Shown: one piece after another, positions 47,866 through 57,889 of the stretch
Position numbering within the stretch: the stretch's first letter is position 1
Layout: each line of letters opens with the position of its first letter
Origin: Acidimicrobiia bacterium
GTDB taxonomy: Bacteria; Actinomycetota; Acidimicrobiia; Spongiisociales; Spongiisociaceae
Assembly (NCBI GenBank): GCA_965231815.1
Contig: OZ246890.1
Span: 1,799,469-1,863,468, forward strand
Reading direction: 5' to 3'
Length of the DNA: 64,000 nt
Program-made: the position numbers and the translations under genes
The notes under the pieces: model-generated
Database searches by the model: none
Told to the model about the DNA's origin: nothing
What the model saw: the letters and a program-made list of their open reading frames with translations, nothing else

Positions 47866-48966
47866 ATGTTGTACACGAGAAACAGGCTGTTGATCTTGTT
47901 GATGGCTCTCGGGCTGCTGGTTACGGCATGCGGTGGCGATGATGATCCGAGTGTCCTCACCGCAACCCAAGTGACCTCCGACTCGCCCGACGCTCCTCCC
48001 CCTCCTGCTGCTGGTGAGGCGATCAGGGTTGGTTTGGTGTATGACATCGGTGGTAGGGGTGATCAGTCGTTCAATGATGCGGCAGCGATTGGTTTGGATC
48101 GTGCGGCGTCTGAGTTGGGTATTGAGTTCTCGGAGGCTTCGGCTAACGAGGATGGGACGAATCGTGAGGAGTTGTTGGCGCTGCAAGCTTCCGAAGGCGC
48201 TGACCTGGTGATCGGGGTGGGTTTCTTGTTCGGTGAGCCGATGGCCAATGTGGCGTCCGAGTTTCCCGATACGCACTTTGCGATTGTGGATTCGACGGTT
48301 GATTCTCCCAATGTGGCGGGGTTGATCTTTGCTGAGGAGCAGGGTTCGTTTCTGGTGGGTGTGGCTGCGGCTCTCAAGACCCGGAATGAGACTGTCGGTT
48401 TCATCGGTGGTGTGAACATTCCGTTGATCCATGCGTTCGAGGCGGGGTTCCTGGCTGGTGTCCAAGCTGTCAATCCGGATATCACGATCCTTTCGCAGTA
48501 CGTGACGGAGCCGCCGGATTTTGATGGTTTTAACGATCCTGCGGCGGGCCGGGTGGTTGCCCAGTCGATGTTCGAGCAGGGCGCCGATGTGATTTATCAC
48601 GCGGCGGGTGGTACCGGTGGTGGTTTGTTCCAGGCTGCGAAGGACTTTTCGGAGGCCAACGACACTCATGTGTGGGCTATAGGGGTTGACTCGGACCAGT
48701 ACTTGACCGCCGGTGACTTCCAGTCGTACATCCTGACTTCGATGCTCAAGCGGGTGGATGTGGCGGTGTTCAACACCATCCAGGCTGTCCAGAACGGTAC
48801 GTTCAATGCGGGCCCACAGGTTTTCGATCTCTCGGTCGACGGGGTCGGCTATTCCACGTCGGGCGGGTTCGTTGACGATATTGCTGCCGAACTTGAGGAC
48901 TATAAGCAGCAGATCGTGTCCGGGACGATTAACGTGAGTCCAGACCCGGCTGATTACCAGGGCTGA
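47866..48966 (+). CDS. BMP-family (PnrA-like) ABC transporter substrate-binding lipoprotein, probably nucleoside-binding
   Basis: Lipobox LLVTAC; SD GGAGG 9 nt upstream of the ATG; mature domain has G/T-rich codon usage. Confidence 0.85.
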   Translation: MLYTRNRLLILLMALGLLVTACGGDDDPSVLTATQVTSDSPDAPPPPAAGEAIRVGLVYDIGGRGDQSFNDAAAIGLDRAASELGIEFSEASANEDGTNREELLALQASEGADLVIGVGFLFGEPMANVASEFPDTHFAIVDSTVDSPNVAGLIFAEEQGSFLVGVAAALKTRNETVGFIGGVNIPLIHAFEAGFLAGVQAVNPDITILSQYVTEPPDFDGFNDPAAGRVVAQSMFEQGADVIYHAAGGTGGGLFQAAKDFSEANDTHVWAIGVDSDQYLTAGDFQSYILTSMLKRVDVAVFNTIQAVQNGTFNAGPQVFDLSVDGVGYSTSGGFVDDIAAELEDYKQQIVSGTINVSPDPADYQG

Positions 48967-49005
48967 TGATCAGGAGGATCCGGTGGATGTTCGACCGGTG
49001 AACGT

Positions 49006-50517
49006 ATGACCCTTGCTGTACACCTTGAAGGGATAACCAAGCGCTTTCCCGGGGTAGTGGCGAACGACAGAGTCAACTTGACGGTCGAATCCGGCGAGAT
49101 CCACGCCATATGCGGGGAGAACGGCGCGGGCAAGTCAACCCTGATGAAGATCATCTACGGGATGCAACCCCCTGACGAGGGCCGGATTGAGATTTTCGGG
49201 GAGGAGCGGCACTTCGGCTCCCCGAAGGAAGCCATCGACGCGGGTATCGGCATGGTCCATCAGCATTTCATGCTGGCGGACAACCTTACCGTCCTCGAGA
49301 ACGTCATCCTCGGAGCGGAGCCGTCCAAGGGGTCGCTGATAGATTTCTTGACCGCCCGAACCCGGCTCCGCGAGCTGGGAGATGCCTACGGGCTGGAGCT
49401 GGATCTCGACGATACGGTCGAGACTTTGGAAGTCGGCGAACGTCAACGCATCGAGATCATCAAGATCCTCTACCGCGGCGCCCGGATTCTGATCCTCGAC
49501 GAGCCCACCGCGGTGCTCGTACCTCAGGAAGTCGAAGAGCTGTTCCGCAACATGCGGGAACTCAAGGCGGAAGGCCACACGATCATCTTCATCGACCACA
49601 AGCTGGACGAGGTGTTGGAGATCGCCGATTCGATCACGGTTCTCCGTCATGGTCGCTCGGTGGCTACCGCTGATCCCGCCGACGTGACCGCACAGGATCT
49701 GGCCGAGTTGATGGTCGGTTCGGAACTCCCGACGCCGGGCGTACGCGTCTCGACGGTCACCGATCAGAGCGTGATCGAGGTGCGGGGCATCTCGGCGACT
49801 GACGAGGTCGGGGCGCCAAGACTGCGCCATGTGGACTTTTCCTTGCATAGCGGCGAGATCGTCGGCATCGCGGGTGTGGAGGGAAACGGTCAGGCCGAGT
49901 TGGTCGAGGCGATCCTAGGGATCTCGCCACTCACCTCCGGGTCGATCCGTATGCATGGTGAGGATGTGACGGAGTGGTCGGTACGCCAGAGGCGGGAGGC
50001 CGGTCTGGGTTACATTCCCGAGGACCGGCACCGGAGGGGTCTATTGTTACCGGCGCCGGTTTGGGAGAACAGTATTCTGGGCCATCAGACCAGGGAACGT
50101 TTCCTGAGTTCAGGATTGTGGATCGACGAGGATGCCTCCAAGGGACACGCGGCCGAGGTGGTCGAGCGCTTCGATGTGCGCACACCGGGCGTCACGACAC
50201 CCATTCACGCTCTGTCAGGGGGCAACCAGCAGAAGTTGATCGTCGGTCGGGAGATGTCGACCAAGTGCAATCCCCTGATCGCCGCTCACCCCACCCGAGG
50301 TATTGATGTGGGGTCGCAGGCGGCAATCTGGGAGGAACTTCGCCGAGCGCGAGGGGAGGGCCTGGGTGTGCTCCTGATCTCGGCCGACCTTGAGGAGTTG
50401 ATAGGGTTGAGTGACACGTTACTGGTCATGTTGCGCGGCGAGATCGTGGCCCGGCTCGATCCTGCGGAGGTCAGCCCGCGTGAGCTCGGGGCCTATATGA
50501 CCGGAGCCGCCGTATGA
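49006..50517 (+). CDS. ABC transporter ATP-binding protein with duplicated ATPase domains
   Basis: Two Walker A/ABC signature sets (GENGAGKST, LSGGNQQK). Confidence 0.85.
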   Translation: MTLAVHLEGITKRFPGVVANDRVNLTVESGEIHAICGENGAGKSTLMKIIYGMQPPDEGRIEIFGEERHFGSPKEAIDAGIGMVHQHFMLADNLTVLENVILGAEPSKGSLIDFLTARTRLRELGDAYGLELDLDDTVETLEVGERQRIEIIKILYRGARILILDEPTAVLVPQEVEELFRNMRELKAEGHTIIFIDHKLDEVLEIADSITVLRHGRSVATADPADVTAQDLAELMVGSELPTPGVRVSTVTDQSVIEVRGISATDEVGAPRLRHVDFSLHSGEIVGIAGVEGNGQAELVEAILGISPLTSGSIRMHGEDVTEWSVRQRREAGLGYIPEDRHRRGLLLPAPVWENSILGHQTRERFLSSGLWIDEDASKGHAAEVVERFDVRTPGVTTPIHALSGGNQQKLIVGREMSTKCNPLIAAHPTRGIDVGSQAAIWEELRRARGEGLGVLLISADLEELIGLSDTLLVMLRGEIVARLDPAEVSPRELGAYMTGAAV

Positions 50518-51644
50518 GCCGGATGCGGGCGATCCGAAGGGTCATGGGTCCGCCGGTGGGCGCCGTGCTGCTCGCACTCATTGTCGCCTCGGTGATCCTG
50601 TTCGTCTCCGGTGCGAACCCCTTTGTCGCGTTCGGCAACGTGATCGAGTACGGCACACGGTTGGAAACCCTCGTCGAGTCTTTCAACCGGGCTACGCCGC
50701 TTTACCTGTCCGGTATCGCGTTCGCCATCGCTATGAGGATGAACCTCTTCCAGATCGGTGTAGAGGGACAATACATCCTGGCTGCTTTCGTTGCCGCCTA
50801 CGTGGGGGCCGGCGTGGGTTCGTTGTTCCCTCCGCTGCATGTCCTGATAATCCTTGTCGTGGCGATGCTGGTGGGAGCGGCGTGGGCCGGTCTGGCCGGA
50901 TGGATGAAAGTGACCCGCAACGTCCACGAAGTGATATCGACTATCATGCTCAACGCCATAGCGGTGGGCGGCGTAGTGTCCTTCCTCTTGGGCCGGTGGA
51001 GTATCGAGAGTGCCTCCCTGGATACCCGTCTGGGAGACATTGCCACCACCGGCTGGTTCCCGAGCCTCAACCCCATCCTTGAGTTGGTCACCAGGGAAAT
51101 AAGACGCGTGGAGTTGACCGGCTTCATCCTTGTGGCGGCTGCGGTCGGTATCGGCTACCACCTCCTCGTCAACCGGACCCGGCTCGGGTTCGATCTCCGG
51201 GCTACCGGGACCAATCCATGGGCTGCCGAAGCCAGCGGGGTGCCACCCAAACGGACGATCGTTCTGGCGATGCTTCTCAGCGGTGCGGCGGCGGGCTTGG
51301 TGGGGATGGCCGACCTGCTCGGAGATCAGCATTTCTACAGTCTCCGGTTCCCTCAAGGTCTCGGTTTCGCCGGCATAGCGGTGGCTCTTCTAGGTCGCAA
51401 CCACGCGGTAGGGGCAGCCATCGCGGCGGTTGCCTTCGGCTGGCTCGAACGAGCCTCAGGGATACTGGAGGTCAGGGGTGATGCCCCGAGGGAGATAGTC
51501 ACCATAATGGTGGGTGTAATCATCCTGTTCGCGGTTATCGCCTACGCATTGGCGCAGCGCCGGGGACGGATCGAGGCAGCCGCGGCAGCCGCTGCACAGG
51601 TGACGGAAGCGTCAGGGCCGGATGCTGAGGAGGCCGACACATGA
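50514..51644 (+). CDS. ABC transporter permease
   Basis: Multi-TM protein; overlaps the ATPase stop. Confidence 0.8.
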   Translation: MSRMRAIRRVMGPPVGAVLLALIVASVILFVSGANPFVAFGNVIEYGTRLETLVESFNRATPLYLSGIAFAIAMRMNLFQIGVEGQYILAAFVAAYVGAGVGSLFPPLHVLIILVVAMLVGAAWAGLAGWMKVTRNVHEVISTIMLNAIAVGGVVSFLLGRWSIESASLDTRLGDIATTGWFPSLNPILELVTREIRRVELTGFILVAAAVGIGYHLLVNRTRLGFDLRATGTNPWAAEASGVPPKRTIVLAMLLSGAAAGLVGMADLLGDQHFYSLRFPQGLGFAGIAVALLGRNHAVGAAIAAVAFGWLERASGILEVRGDAPREIVTIMVGVIILFAVIAYALAQRRGRIEAAAAAAAQVTEASGPDAEEADT

Positions 51645-52924
51645 GTACAGTGCGCGAGCCGCCGCTGATCACCCTGCGGGACAACGTCATGCAGGGGAGG
51701 CGGCGATGGCTCGTATTCGGTCTTGGCGCCGTGCTGCTCTTGGCGGCCACTCAGATGTTTGCCAAGCAGGCTACCGACGATCTGACCTCGAGCGGGACTT
51801 GGGCCATAGCTCTTGCCTGGTCGGTTCCGATCCTCATGGCCGGACTGGGGGGCGTGTTCTCCGAGCGGGCCGGGGTGGTCAACATCGGCCTTGAGGGCAT
51901 GCTGATCCTGGGGACCTGGTTCGGGGCATTCGGCACGATGATCGGTGGGCCATGGTTCGGGATGCTCTTGGCGGCGGTCGCCGGTGGTGTGGGCGGTTTG
52001 ATAATGGCGACGGCCGCGGTCGGCTTCAACGTGGACCACATCGTTGCCGGGGTGGCCGTAAACCTCATGGCGCCCGGGCTGACCCGCTTTTTGTCCGACC
52101 TGCATTTCTCCGACCGGGGCGGATCGATCACGCAGTCGCCCAACATCAGTGGTGTCAGCAGCTTCAGCTTGCCGATCCTGGCGGGTGGAACCGTATTCGG
52201 GTGGAAGAGCCCTGATGTCCTGGGATCGATCGAGAATGCCGAGGTGTTCTGGTTATCGGATCTAGCCGGAATAGCGAGGGGTTTCGTATTCCAGATGTCC
52301 TGGTTGACGTTGATCGCGTTTCTCATACTGCCACTGTCGATTGTCCTGCTCTGGCGGACCCGCTTCGGTCTGCGGTTGCGGAGTTGCGGGGAGCACCCTC
52401 ACGCAGCCGACTCTTTAGGTGTGAACGTTTACAAGTACAAGTACTACGGGGTCGTGATCAGCGGAGCCTTAGCCGGGTTCGGTGGCGGGTTCCTCGCCAT
52501 ACAGCTATCCGGCCTGTACAAGGAAGGCCAAACCCAGGGCAAAGGGTATATCGGACTGGCCACCATGATCTTTGGGAATTGGAATCCGATCGGAACCGCC
52601 CGCGGCGCCATCCTCTTCGGCTTCACAGAGACGCTGCGACTGCGAGACGAGAGCGCCGCCCACGCGCTGCTCCTGCTGGTCGCTATCGCCGTCGGTCTGC
52701 TCCTTATCTGGCGCATTCTTCGCCGGAGTGGACGGCTGGGTACCGTGCAGTTGGCAATCGTCGCGGTAGCTGTCGGCTACTGGTATGCAAACTCGACCGG
52801 CGTACCTAACCAACTCCCCGCTATCACTCCCCACATAGCGGTGTTGGTGGTGCTCTTGTTCGCCACTTCACGTCTCCGGCCTCCTGCTGCTGACGGTCTT
52901 CCATTCCGTAAGAGCGACCATTAA
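51641..52924 (+). CDS. ABC transporter permease (second)
   Basis: Multi-TM protein; overlaps the previous stop. Confidence 0.8.
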   Translation: MSTVREPPLITLRDNVMQGRRRWLVFGLGAVLLLAATQMFAKQATDDLTSSGTWAIALAWSVPILMAGLGGVFSERAGVVNIGLEGMLILGTWFGAFGTMIGGPWFGMLLAAVAGGVGGLIMATAAVGFNVDHIVAGVAVNLMAPGLTRFLSDLHFSDRGGSITQSPNISGVSSFSLPILAGGTVFGWKSPDVLGSIENAEVFWLSDLAGIARGFVFQMSWLTLIAFLILPLSIVLLWRTRFGLRLRSCGEHPHAADSLGVNVYKYKYYGVVISGALAGFGGGFLAIQLSGLYKEGQTQGKGYIGLATMIFGNWNPIGTARGAILFGFTETLRLRDESAAHALLLLVAIAVGLLLIWRILRRSGRLGTVQLAIVAVAVGYWYANSTGVPNQLPAITPHIAVLVVLLFATSRLRPPAADGLPFRKSDH

Positions 52925-53053
52925 GGCCATCAGTTTCCAGTTTCTGGTTACAGGTTGCCAAGATATATTGCACGGCGTTGGACGGCGATAGTAAGTGCGG
53001 TGCCGTCGGCTTCCGGTCATGTTCCTCGGAAGCCGGCACCCGGCAACTGACAA

Positions 53054-53989
53054 CTATCCGGTAGTGGCGGTCTCGAACACCATCTGCTTGAAGCGGTGGT
53101 TGTCGATGGACCGAATCACCTCAACGTTGGGCGGTTCGCCGGTCACGTCCAGCGAGTCAACCACCGACATGCCCCGCGTAAGGGGGCTATCGGCCTCCAC
53201 CTCCACGTAGTGGCGGCTGGCTTCGGTTACCACGCCGTCCCTGTCCAGCGCGACGGCCATCGCTGCCGGATCGGGGAGTTCCATCCGGTCGGTGCCCGAC
53301 TGCCGCCGGGCGGCTGCCATGGCGGAGGTGTTGCAGTCCACGAAGAAGTGGGCGAGCGGGGTATCAAGGCGCTTCAGGTCCTTCCTTTCACGATGGTCGA
53401 ATCCGGCTTCACCCCGGCACAACTCCCAGGGCGCCAGCTCGATTGGAAGCCCCGAGGCGAAGACCCCGCGAGCGGCGTGTGGATCGAACCACAGGTTGAA
53501 CTCCGCGGCCGGGGTTACGTTGCCTACCGCGTTGACTGTTCCCCCCATCACCACGCACCTTCCGACAAGTTCCACGAGATCAGGTGCTTGCCGCAGCGCC
53601 ATCAGCAGGTTGGTCAGCGGACCCAAGGTCACCAATGTGCATCCCGGGTTATCTCTGATGGTGGTAACCAGAGCGGCTACTGCATCCACGGTTTCGGGTT
53701 TCCGAACGGGAGGGGGGTACCCCTGGTCGCCAAGTCCGTCCCGACCGTGGAACCAGGTGGCGAACCGGGCCTCGACAAGCAAGGGTTCCGCCGCACCCTG
53801 GAACACGGGTACGTTGGATCCGCACAACTCGGCGGTGAACAGGGCGTTGCGGGTGGCTTGTTCAACGGGACAGTTGCCGGCCACCGTGGTTAGGGCTAGC
53901 ACCTCGACATCGGGGTGTCGCAAGGCCATGGCCAGCGCCACCGCATCGTCTGATGCAGTGTCGGTATCGATGATCATTCGCACTTTCAC
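53054..53989 (-). CDS. Nucleoside hydrolase (inosine/uridine-preferring family)
   Basis: N-terminal IIDTDTASDDAVAL aspartate cluster. Confidence 0.85.
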   Translation of the reverse strand: MKVRMIIDTDTASDDAVALAMALRHPDVEVLALTTVAGNCPVEQATRNALFTAELCGSNVPVFQGAAEPLLVEARFATWFHGRDGLGDQGYPPPVRKPETVDAVAALVTTIRDNPGCTLVTLGPLTNLLMALRQAPDLVELVGRCVVMGGTVNAVGNVTPAAEFNLWFDPHAARGVFASGLPIELAPWELCRGEAGFDHRERKDLKRLDTPLAHFFVDCNTSAMAAARRQSGTDRMELPDPAAMAVALDRDGVVTEASRHYVEVEADSPLTRGMSVVDSLDVTGEPPNVEVIRSIDNHRFKQMVFETATTG

Positions 53990-54098
53990 CGGATTCTCCC
54001 TTCCCTGTTGACAGGATTCCGGCGGGTCAGCTCGACAATCCGGTGCTTCACCGCTCTTGTCAACCCGAACGTCACGAAACGGTTCGAGCCGACCACTC

Positions 54099-54304
54099 CT
54101 AGCCCTGATTATTCAGGTTTCCCGCACACCGAGGCATGTAACACCAGTTCCAACCCGAGTATACGGCGAAACCCACCATTCACCCGGAGGTGAATCTCTG
54201 CACCGGCCCGGGATGGGAGACACCGATAGTTGTATTGCCTGGTCAGGGGCGTGATTACGGCGTAATCGACTCATCTGTCAAACCCCCATCCATGAATAAT
54301 CGGG
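54099..54304 (-). repeat. Interspersed repeat family B copy B4 (reverse orientation)
   Basis: CTAGCCCTGATTATTCAGGTTTCCCGCACACCGAGGCATG ... CCATCCATGAATAATCGGGG. Confidence 0.7.
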
Positions 54305-54332
54305 GCTGAAGTAGGACTGATGGTTATCGTTC

Positions 54333-55550
54333 TCACCCGGATGGTGAGAGATCAACCCGCTCGTAGCCCCGGATCACAAATCCGTCCTCCCGCTCGGGTT
54401 CGGTAAGAAGAGCGAGGCGAGGCATGGCGATGGCGAGCCGTCCCAACGCGACCTCCAGTTCGAGCCGAGCCAGCGGCGCCCCCAAGCAGTAGTGAACCCC
54501 GCCGCCGAAGGATATGTGGTCGGAGTTTCCGCGGTCGATCCTGAACCGGTCAGGTATGTCAAATCGGCGGGGGTCGCGGTTAGCCGACCCGAATAGCAGC
54601 GCGATCTTGTCACCGGGTGGGATCTTCGTTCCGGCGATTTCGATTCCGTCGGCGATAGCGTAACGCTCGAACATCTGTAAGGGGGGATCGAAACGCAGCA
54701 TCTCCTCGATTGCCACGGCCGATGTCACGGCGCCGCCGGTGAGACGCAGCCACTCTCCTCCGTTCATCGCCGCGACTATCCCATTTCCCAGAGTGTTGAC
54801 TGTGGCTTCGTGTCCTGCATTGAGAAGAAGGACGATGGTCGAGATAATCTCGGGATCGGACAGCTTACCTTGCGCGGTCTCCGCGAAGCAGAGCGCGGTA
54901 ATCAGATCATCCCGGGGCTCTGCTCGCCGGGTGGCGATCAGCTCGGAAGCCCACTCCGAAAACTCTCGCGATGCGTTGACGGCCTCCCGGGCCTGGGAAT
55001 GCGTGGTATGTAGTTCGTACATCTTGACTATGGCGTGCGACCATTCCAGAAGCAGGTCGGCGTCGTCGAGGGGGGCGCCCAGCAGGGTGGCTATCACCCG
55101 AACCGAGTAGGGCTGCGCGTAGTCGGCCAACAGGTCGAAACGATCCCGGTCACGAAGTTCTACCAACAGGGAGTCCGCAATCTCGGTTATCGGGCCTCTT
55201 AGCGCTCTAACCCGCCGGGGGGTGAAGGCTCGGTTTACCAGGGATCGAATCCGGGTGTGCTCGGGCGGTTCGAGCATCAACAATGAGTGTCGCTCAACTT
55301 GGTAGTAGGGTTCCCAACCTTGCAGGTCCAGTTCCCTTATAGGCCGCAGATCGGAAGGGAGCGCGTGTCCCTGCCGGACCCGGCCGAGCCGACGATCCAG
55401 TTGAGCGGCGCGCACGTCCCGATGACGAGTAACCAACCATAGGTTCCATGCGTGGTCATAGTGGATCGGTCCTCTCTCGCGCAGGTCGTTGAGGATCGGG
55501 TAGGGGTCTCGGATGAAATCCGGATCGGCTGGATTGAAGAAGTCAGCCAT
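54333..55550 (-). CDS. Cytochrome P450
   Basis: Heme-binding FGGGVHYCLGAPLARLE, EXXR helix; start at MADFFNP. Confidence 0.85.
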   Translation of the reverse strand: MADFFNPADPDFIRDPYPILNDLRERGPIHYDHAWNLWLVTRHRDVRAAQLDRRLGRVRQGHALPSDLRPIRELDLQGWEPYYQVERHSLLMLEPPEHTRIRSLVNRAFTPRRVRALRGPITEIADSLLVELRDRDRFDLLADYAQPYSVRVIATLLGAPLDDADLLLEWSHAIVKMYELHTTHSQAREAVNASREFSEWASELIATRRAEPRDDLITALCFAETAQGKLSDPEIISTIVLLLNAGHEATVNTLGNGIVAAMNGGEWLRLTGGAVTSAVAIEEMLRFDPPLQMFERYAIADGIEIAGTKIPPGDKIALLFGSANRDPRRFDIPDRFRIDRGNSDHISFGGGVHYCLGAPLARLELEVALGRLAIAMPRLALLTEPEREDGFVIRGYERVDLSPSG

Positions 55551-56452
55551 TAACCGTTCGTGCCGACGGTCTCCAGCGTCGCCGCTTCTTGTACCCGTCC
55601 CCAAAAATACAGTTCTTCGATGGCCAACTCATCAAATGCCTGTTCCCCTCCGAGCGATTCCGACGCATAGGTAGCTGTCACGCGGATGGTGAGCTCCAGT
55701 GTGTGGTTAGTAGACGTCGTGATAGGCAGGGGTCGCTCATTGGTGTTGTCGATCTCGGCGACAAACGGAACCCCTGGTAGGTCATCGGTCTCGATCTCCA
55801 CTGCCCTCACCCGGTAGTTCCTGAGGAACTTCTCCTCGTTGCGGACGTTCTGGATCTGGACCGATTCGAGAGCCACCGGGCTCACAAAGGTGATGTCGAT
55901 CCAGGCATCTTCTCCTTTTAGGCCTGCGTCGTTCCAGTAGGTGTCCCTGTTGTCGATGAGGTTCTCGCATGCAAGGTTGGCGTTGTATTCGCTGGAACAG
56001 GTGATCGAGATCGGTGTGATCCGCTCCAGCGGTCCGATTGCTCGGGTAGTCGGAGTGGTGCTGGATCCGGTCGTTGCCGCATCTTCGGCGACGCTTTCAG
56101 GTGGTTCTTCATCGCCGCGAATCGCCTGGATAACCAAGGCTGCGACCACAACTAGGGCGATGACTACTACGATGATGCCCAGTGCTCGGCCACCGGCGGT
56201 AACCGATCGGAGGGGAGGGGCCGCTACGGCGATCTGTTGCTGTCCTAGCCTGGCGCCGCACTGTTCGCAATGGCGGTTCGAACTCCTCTGGTCCTCTCCA
56301 CAGGACGGGCAGGTCAGATAAGATTCCGCGGAAGACTGCACCGCCGCGTCGTCGGCGCCTTCCCAATCGTCGGGTTCCGTTAGTTCGAACTCCTCGAAGT
56401 CGATGCCCTCCAGCGGGTCGTCCCAGGAACCGTCCCCTCGGCCGTTGCTCAT
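55550..56452 (-). CDS. Membrane protein with N-terminal zinc ribbon, one TM segment and extracytoplasmic beta-sandwich-like domain
   Basis: CPSCG ... CEQCGARL then IIVVVIALVVVAALVI TM segment. Confidence 0.5.
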   Translation of the reverse strand: MSNGRGDGSWDDPLEGIDFEEFELTEPDDWEGADDAAVQSSAESYLTCPSCGEDQRSSNRHCEQCGARLGQQQIAVAAPPLRSVTAGGRALGIIVVVIALVVVAALVIQAIRGDEEPPESVAEDAATTGSSTTPTTRAIGPLERITPISITCSSEYNANLACENLIDNRDTYWNDAGLKGEDAWIDITFVSPVALESVQIQNVRNEEKFLRNYRVRAVEIETDDLPGVPFVAEIDNTNERPLPITTSTNHTLELTIRVTATYASESLGGEQAFDELAIEELYFWGRVQEAATLETVGTNG

Positions 56453-56756
56453 CGAATACCCATCTTTGCCGCTAATCTCCTCGCTGATGATAGTTGCAGG
56501 AGGGCGAGGATGATAGTTGCGACCATCAGTTCCGCGGCGTCATTCTCCGAGGGCATCAGGGTTGCAGAGCCATGGACGATCAGGTCCGAGTTGGGCGCCG
56601 TCGCGCTTCTCGTTCTTCTGGCTATCGGCCTGTGGCGACTGTTCCGGTCGGAGAAACGGTGACATCCCCGGTCCGTCAACGAAGATGTGTGGATAACTCT
56701 TGGATCTACCAGGATTTGGTTCGTCCGAGCCTCCGGCCATCTAGAATCATGCACCG

Positions 56757-57815
56757 ATGACCGAACGCGTTTCCCTGCTACGAATCCTTTCTCGGCTGGC
56801 TCCGGGCACCGCTCTGCGGACCGCGGTCGAGCGCATAATCCAGCAGGGCAACGGAGCTCTGGTGATACTGGGCTCGACCGCCGATATCGAAGCTGTTGCG
56901 TACGGAGGGTTCGTGCTTCGGGATTCCGAGTTCAGCCCTGCCCGGCTGGCGGAACTAGCCAAAATGGATGGAGCGACCATCCTTGATGACAGCGGGAGTT
57001 GGATATTGCGGGCTAACGCCCACCTACTCCCCGATCCGTCCATCAGAACCGATGAGACAGGCGCCCGCTTCCGTACCGCCGAGCGGATGGCCAAGATGTC
57101 CGAACGGCCGGTACTGGCCATCAGTGAGGAACGGGGTCAGTGCTTCGTATTCTACGGGGATCGTAAGCAGCGCCTCAGCAGTCCCTCCGAGTTGCTGGCC
57201 CGTATCAACCAGGAGTTCCAGACTCTGGAACACTTCAGGCGCCGGATGGTCCAGGCAAAAGAGAGGCTTACGCGATTGGAAGTCAATGACGAGGTGACCC
57301 TCGGAGATGCGATCGTGGTGCTACAGAGAACCGAGTTGGTTCGGCGCCTTGGTGAACGGGTAGAGCGTCTGGCTGTGGACCTGGGTGAGGAGGGTCACAT
57401 GGTCGACCTGCAACAGGCCGATCTGGTGACCGGTGTAGAGGAGTTGCGCGAGTTGGTGGCGAGGGACTATTTCCAGGAGAACGGAGATCGCGGGATGAGG
57501 GTCCTCAAGGTATTGGAGGATCGTCCATTGCAGGACATCTACGATACCGAGCGGGTCTGCAGGTTGTTAGAGGTGGAGGGCATCGGCACGCGAACACGAC
57601 CTGCGGGCTACCGGTTTGTGAATGGCATCCCCGGTATCCCACCGTCCGTCCACCAGGGTCTGGTGGACAACTTTCACGAACCGGGTAAGCTCATGCTGGC
57701 CTCTGAGACAGAGTTGAGCTCGGTGTCCGGAGTAGGGGAGACGATGGCGGCGACCATACGTCGCCATCTAGATCAGGTAGCGCGCCAGTACCGGCATACC
57801 GGAACCAACCATTAG
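56757..57815 (+). CDS. disA: DNA integrity scanning protein DisA (diadenylate cyclase family) with variant RHR motif
   Basis: DAC domain with DGATILDD; expected GTRHRTAER is TGARFRTAER; C-terminal HhH region. Confidence 0.8.
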   Translation: MTERVSLLRILSRLAPGTALRTAVERIIQQGNGALVILGSTADIEAVAYGGFVLRDSEFSPARLAELAKMDGATILDDSGSWILRANAHLLPDPSIRTDETGARFRTAERMAKMSERPVLAISEERGQCFVFYGDRKQRLSSPSELLARINQEFQTLEHFRRRMVQAKERLTRLEVNDEVTLGDAIVVLQRTELVRRLGERVERLAVDLGEEGHMVDLQQADLVTGVEELRELVARDYFQENGDRGMRVLKVLEDRPLQDIYDTERVCRLLEVEGIGTRTRPAGYRFVNGIPGIPPSVHQGLVDNFHEPGKLMLASETELSSVSGVGETMAATIRRHLDQVARQYRHTGTNH

Positions 57816-57889
57816 CCCTGATTGAGGTCGGCTCAACTTGTCGCCACGGGCGGCAATATAGATTCCTCTCGGGAGTTAGGATCAGATAG

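Noticed and set aside
2771-54304. CRISPR array hypothesis for the recurring repeats
   Set aside because: Repeats are 115-208 bp long, kilobases apart, in both orientations and without regular spacers. This is not CRISPR architecture.
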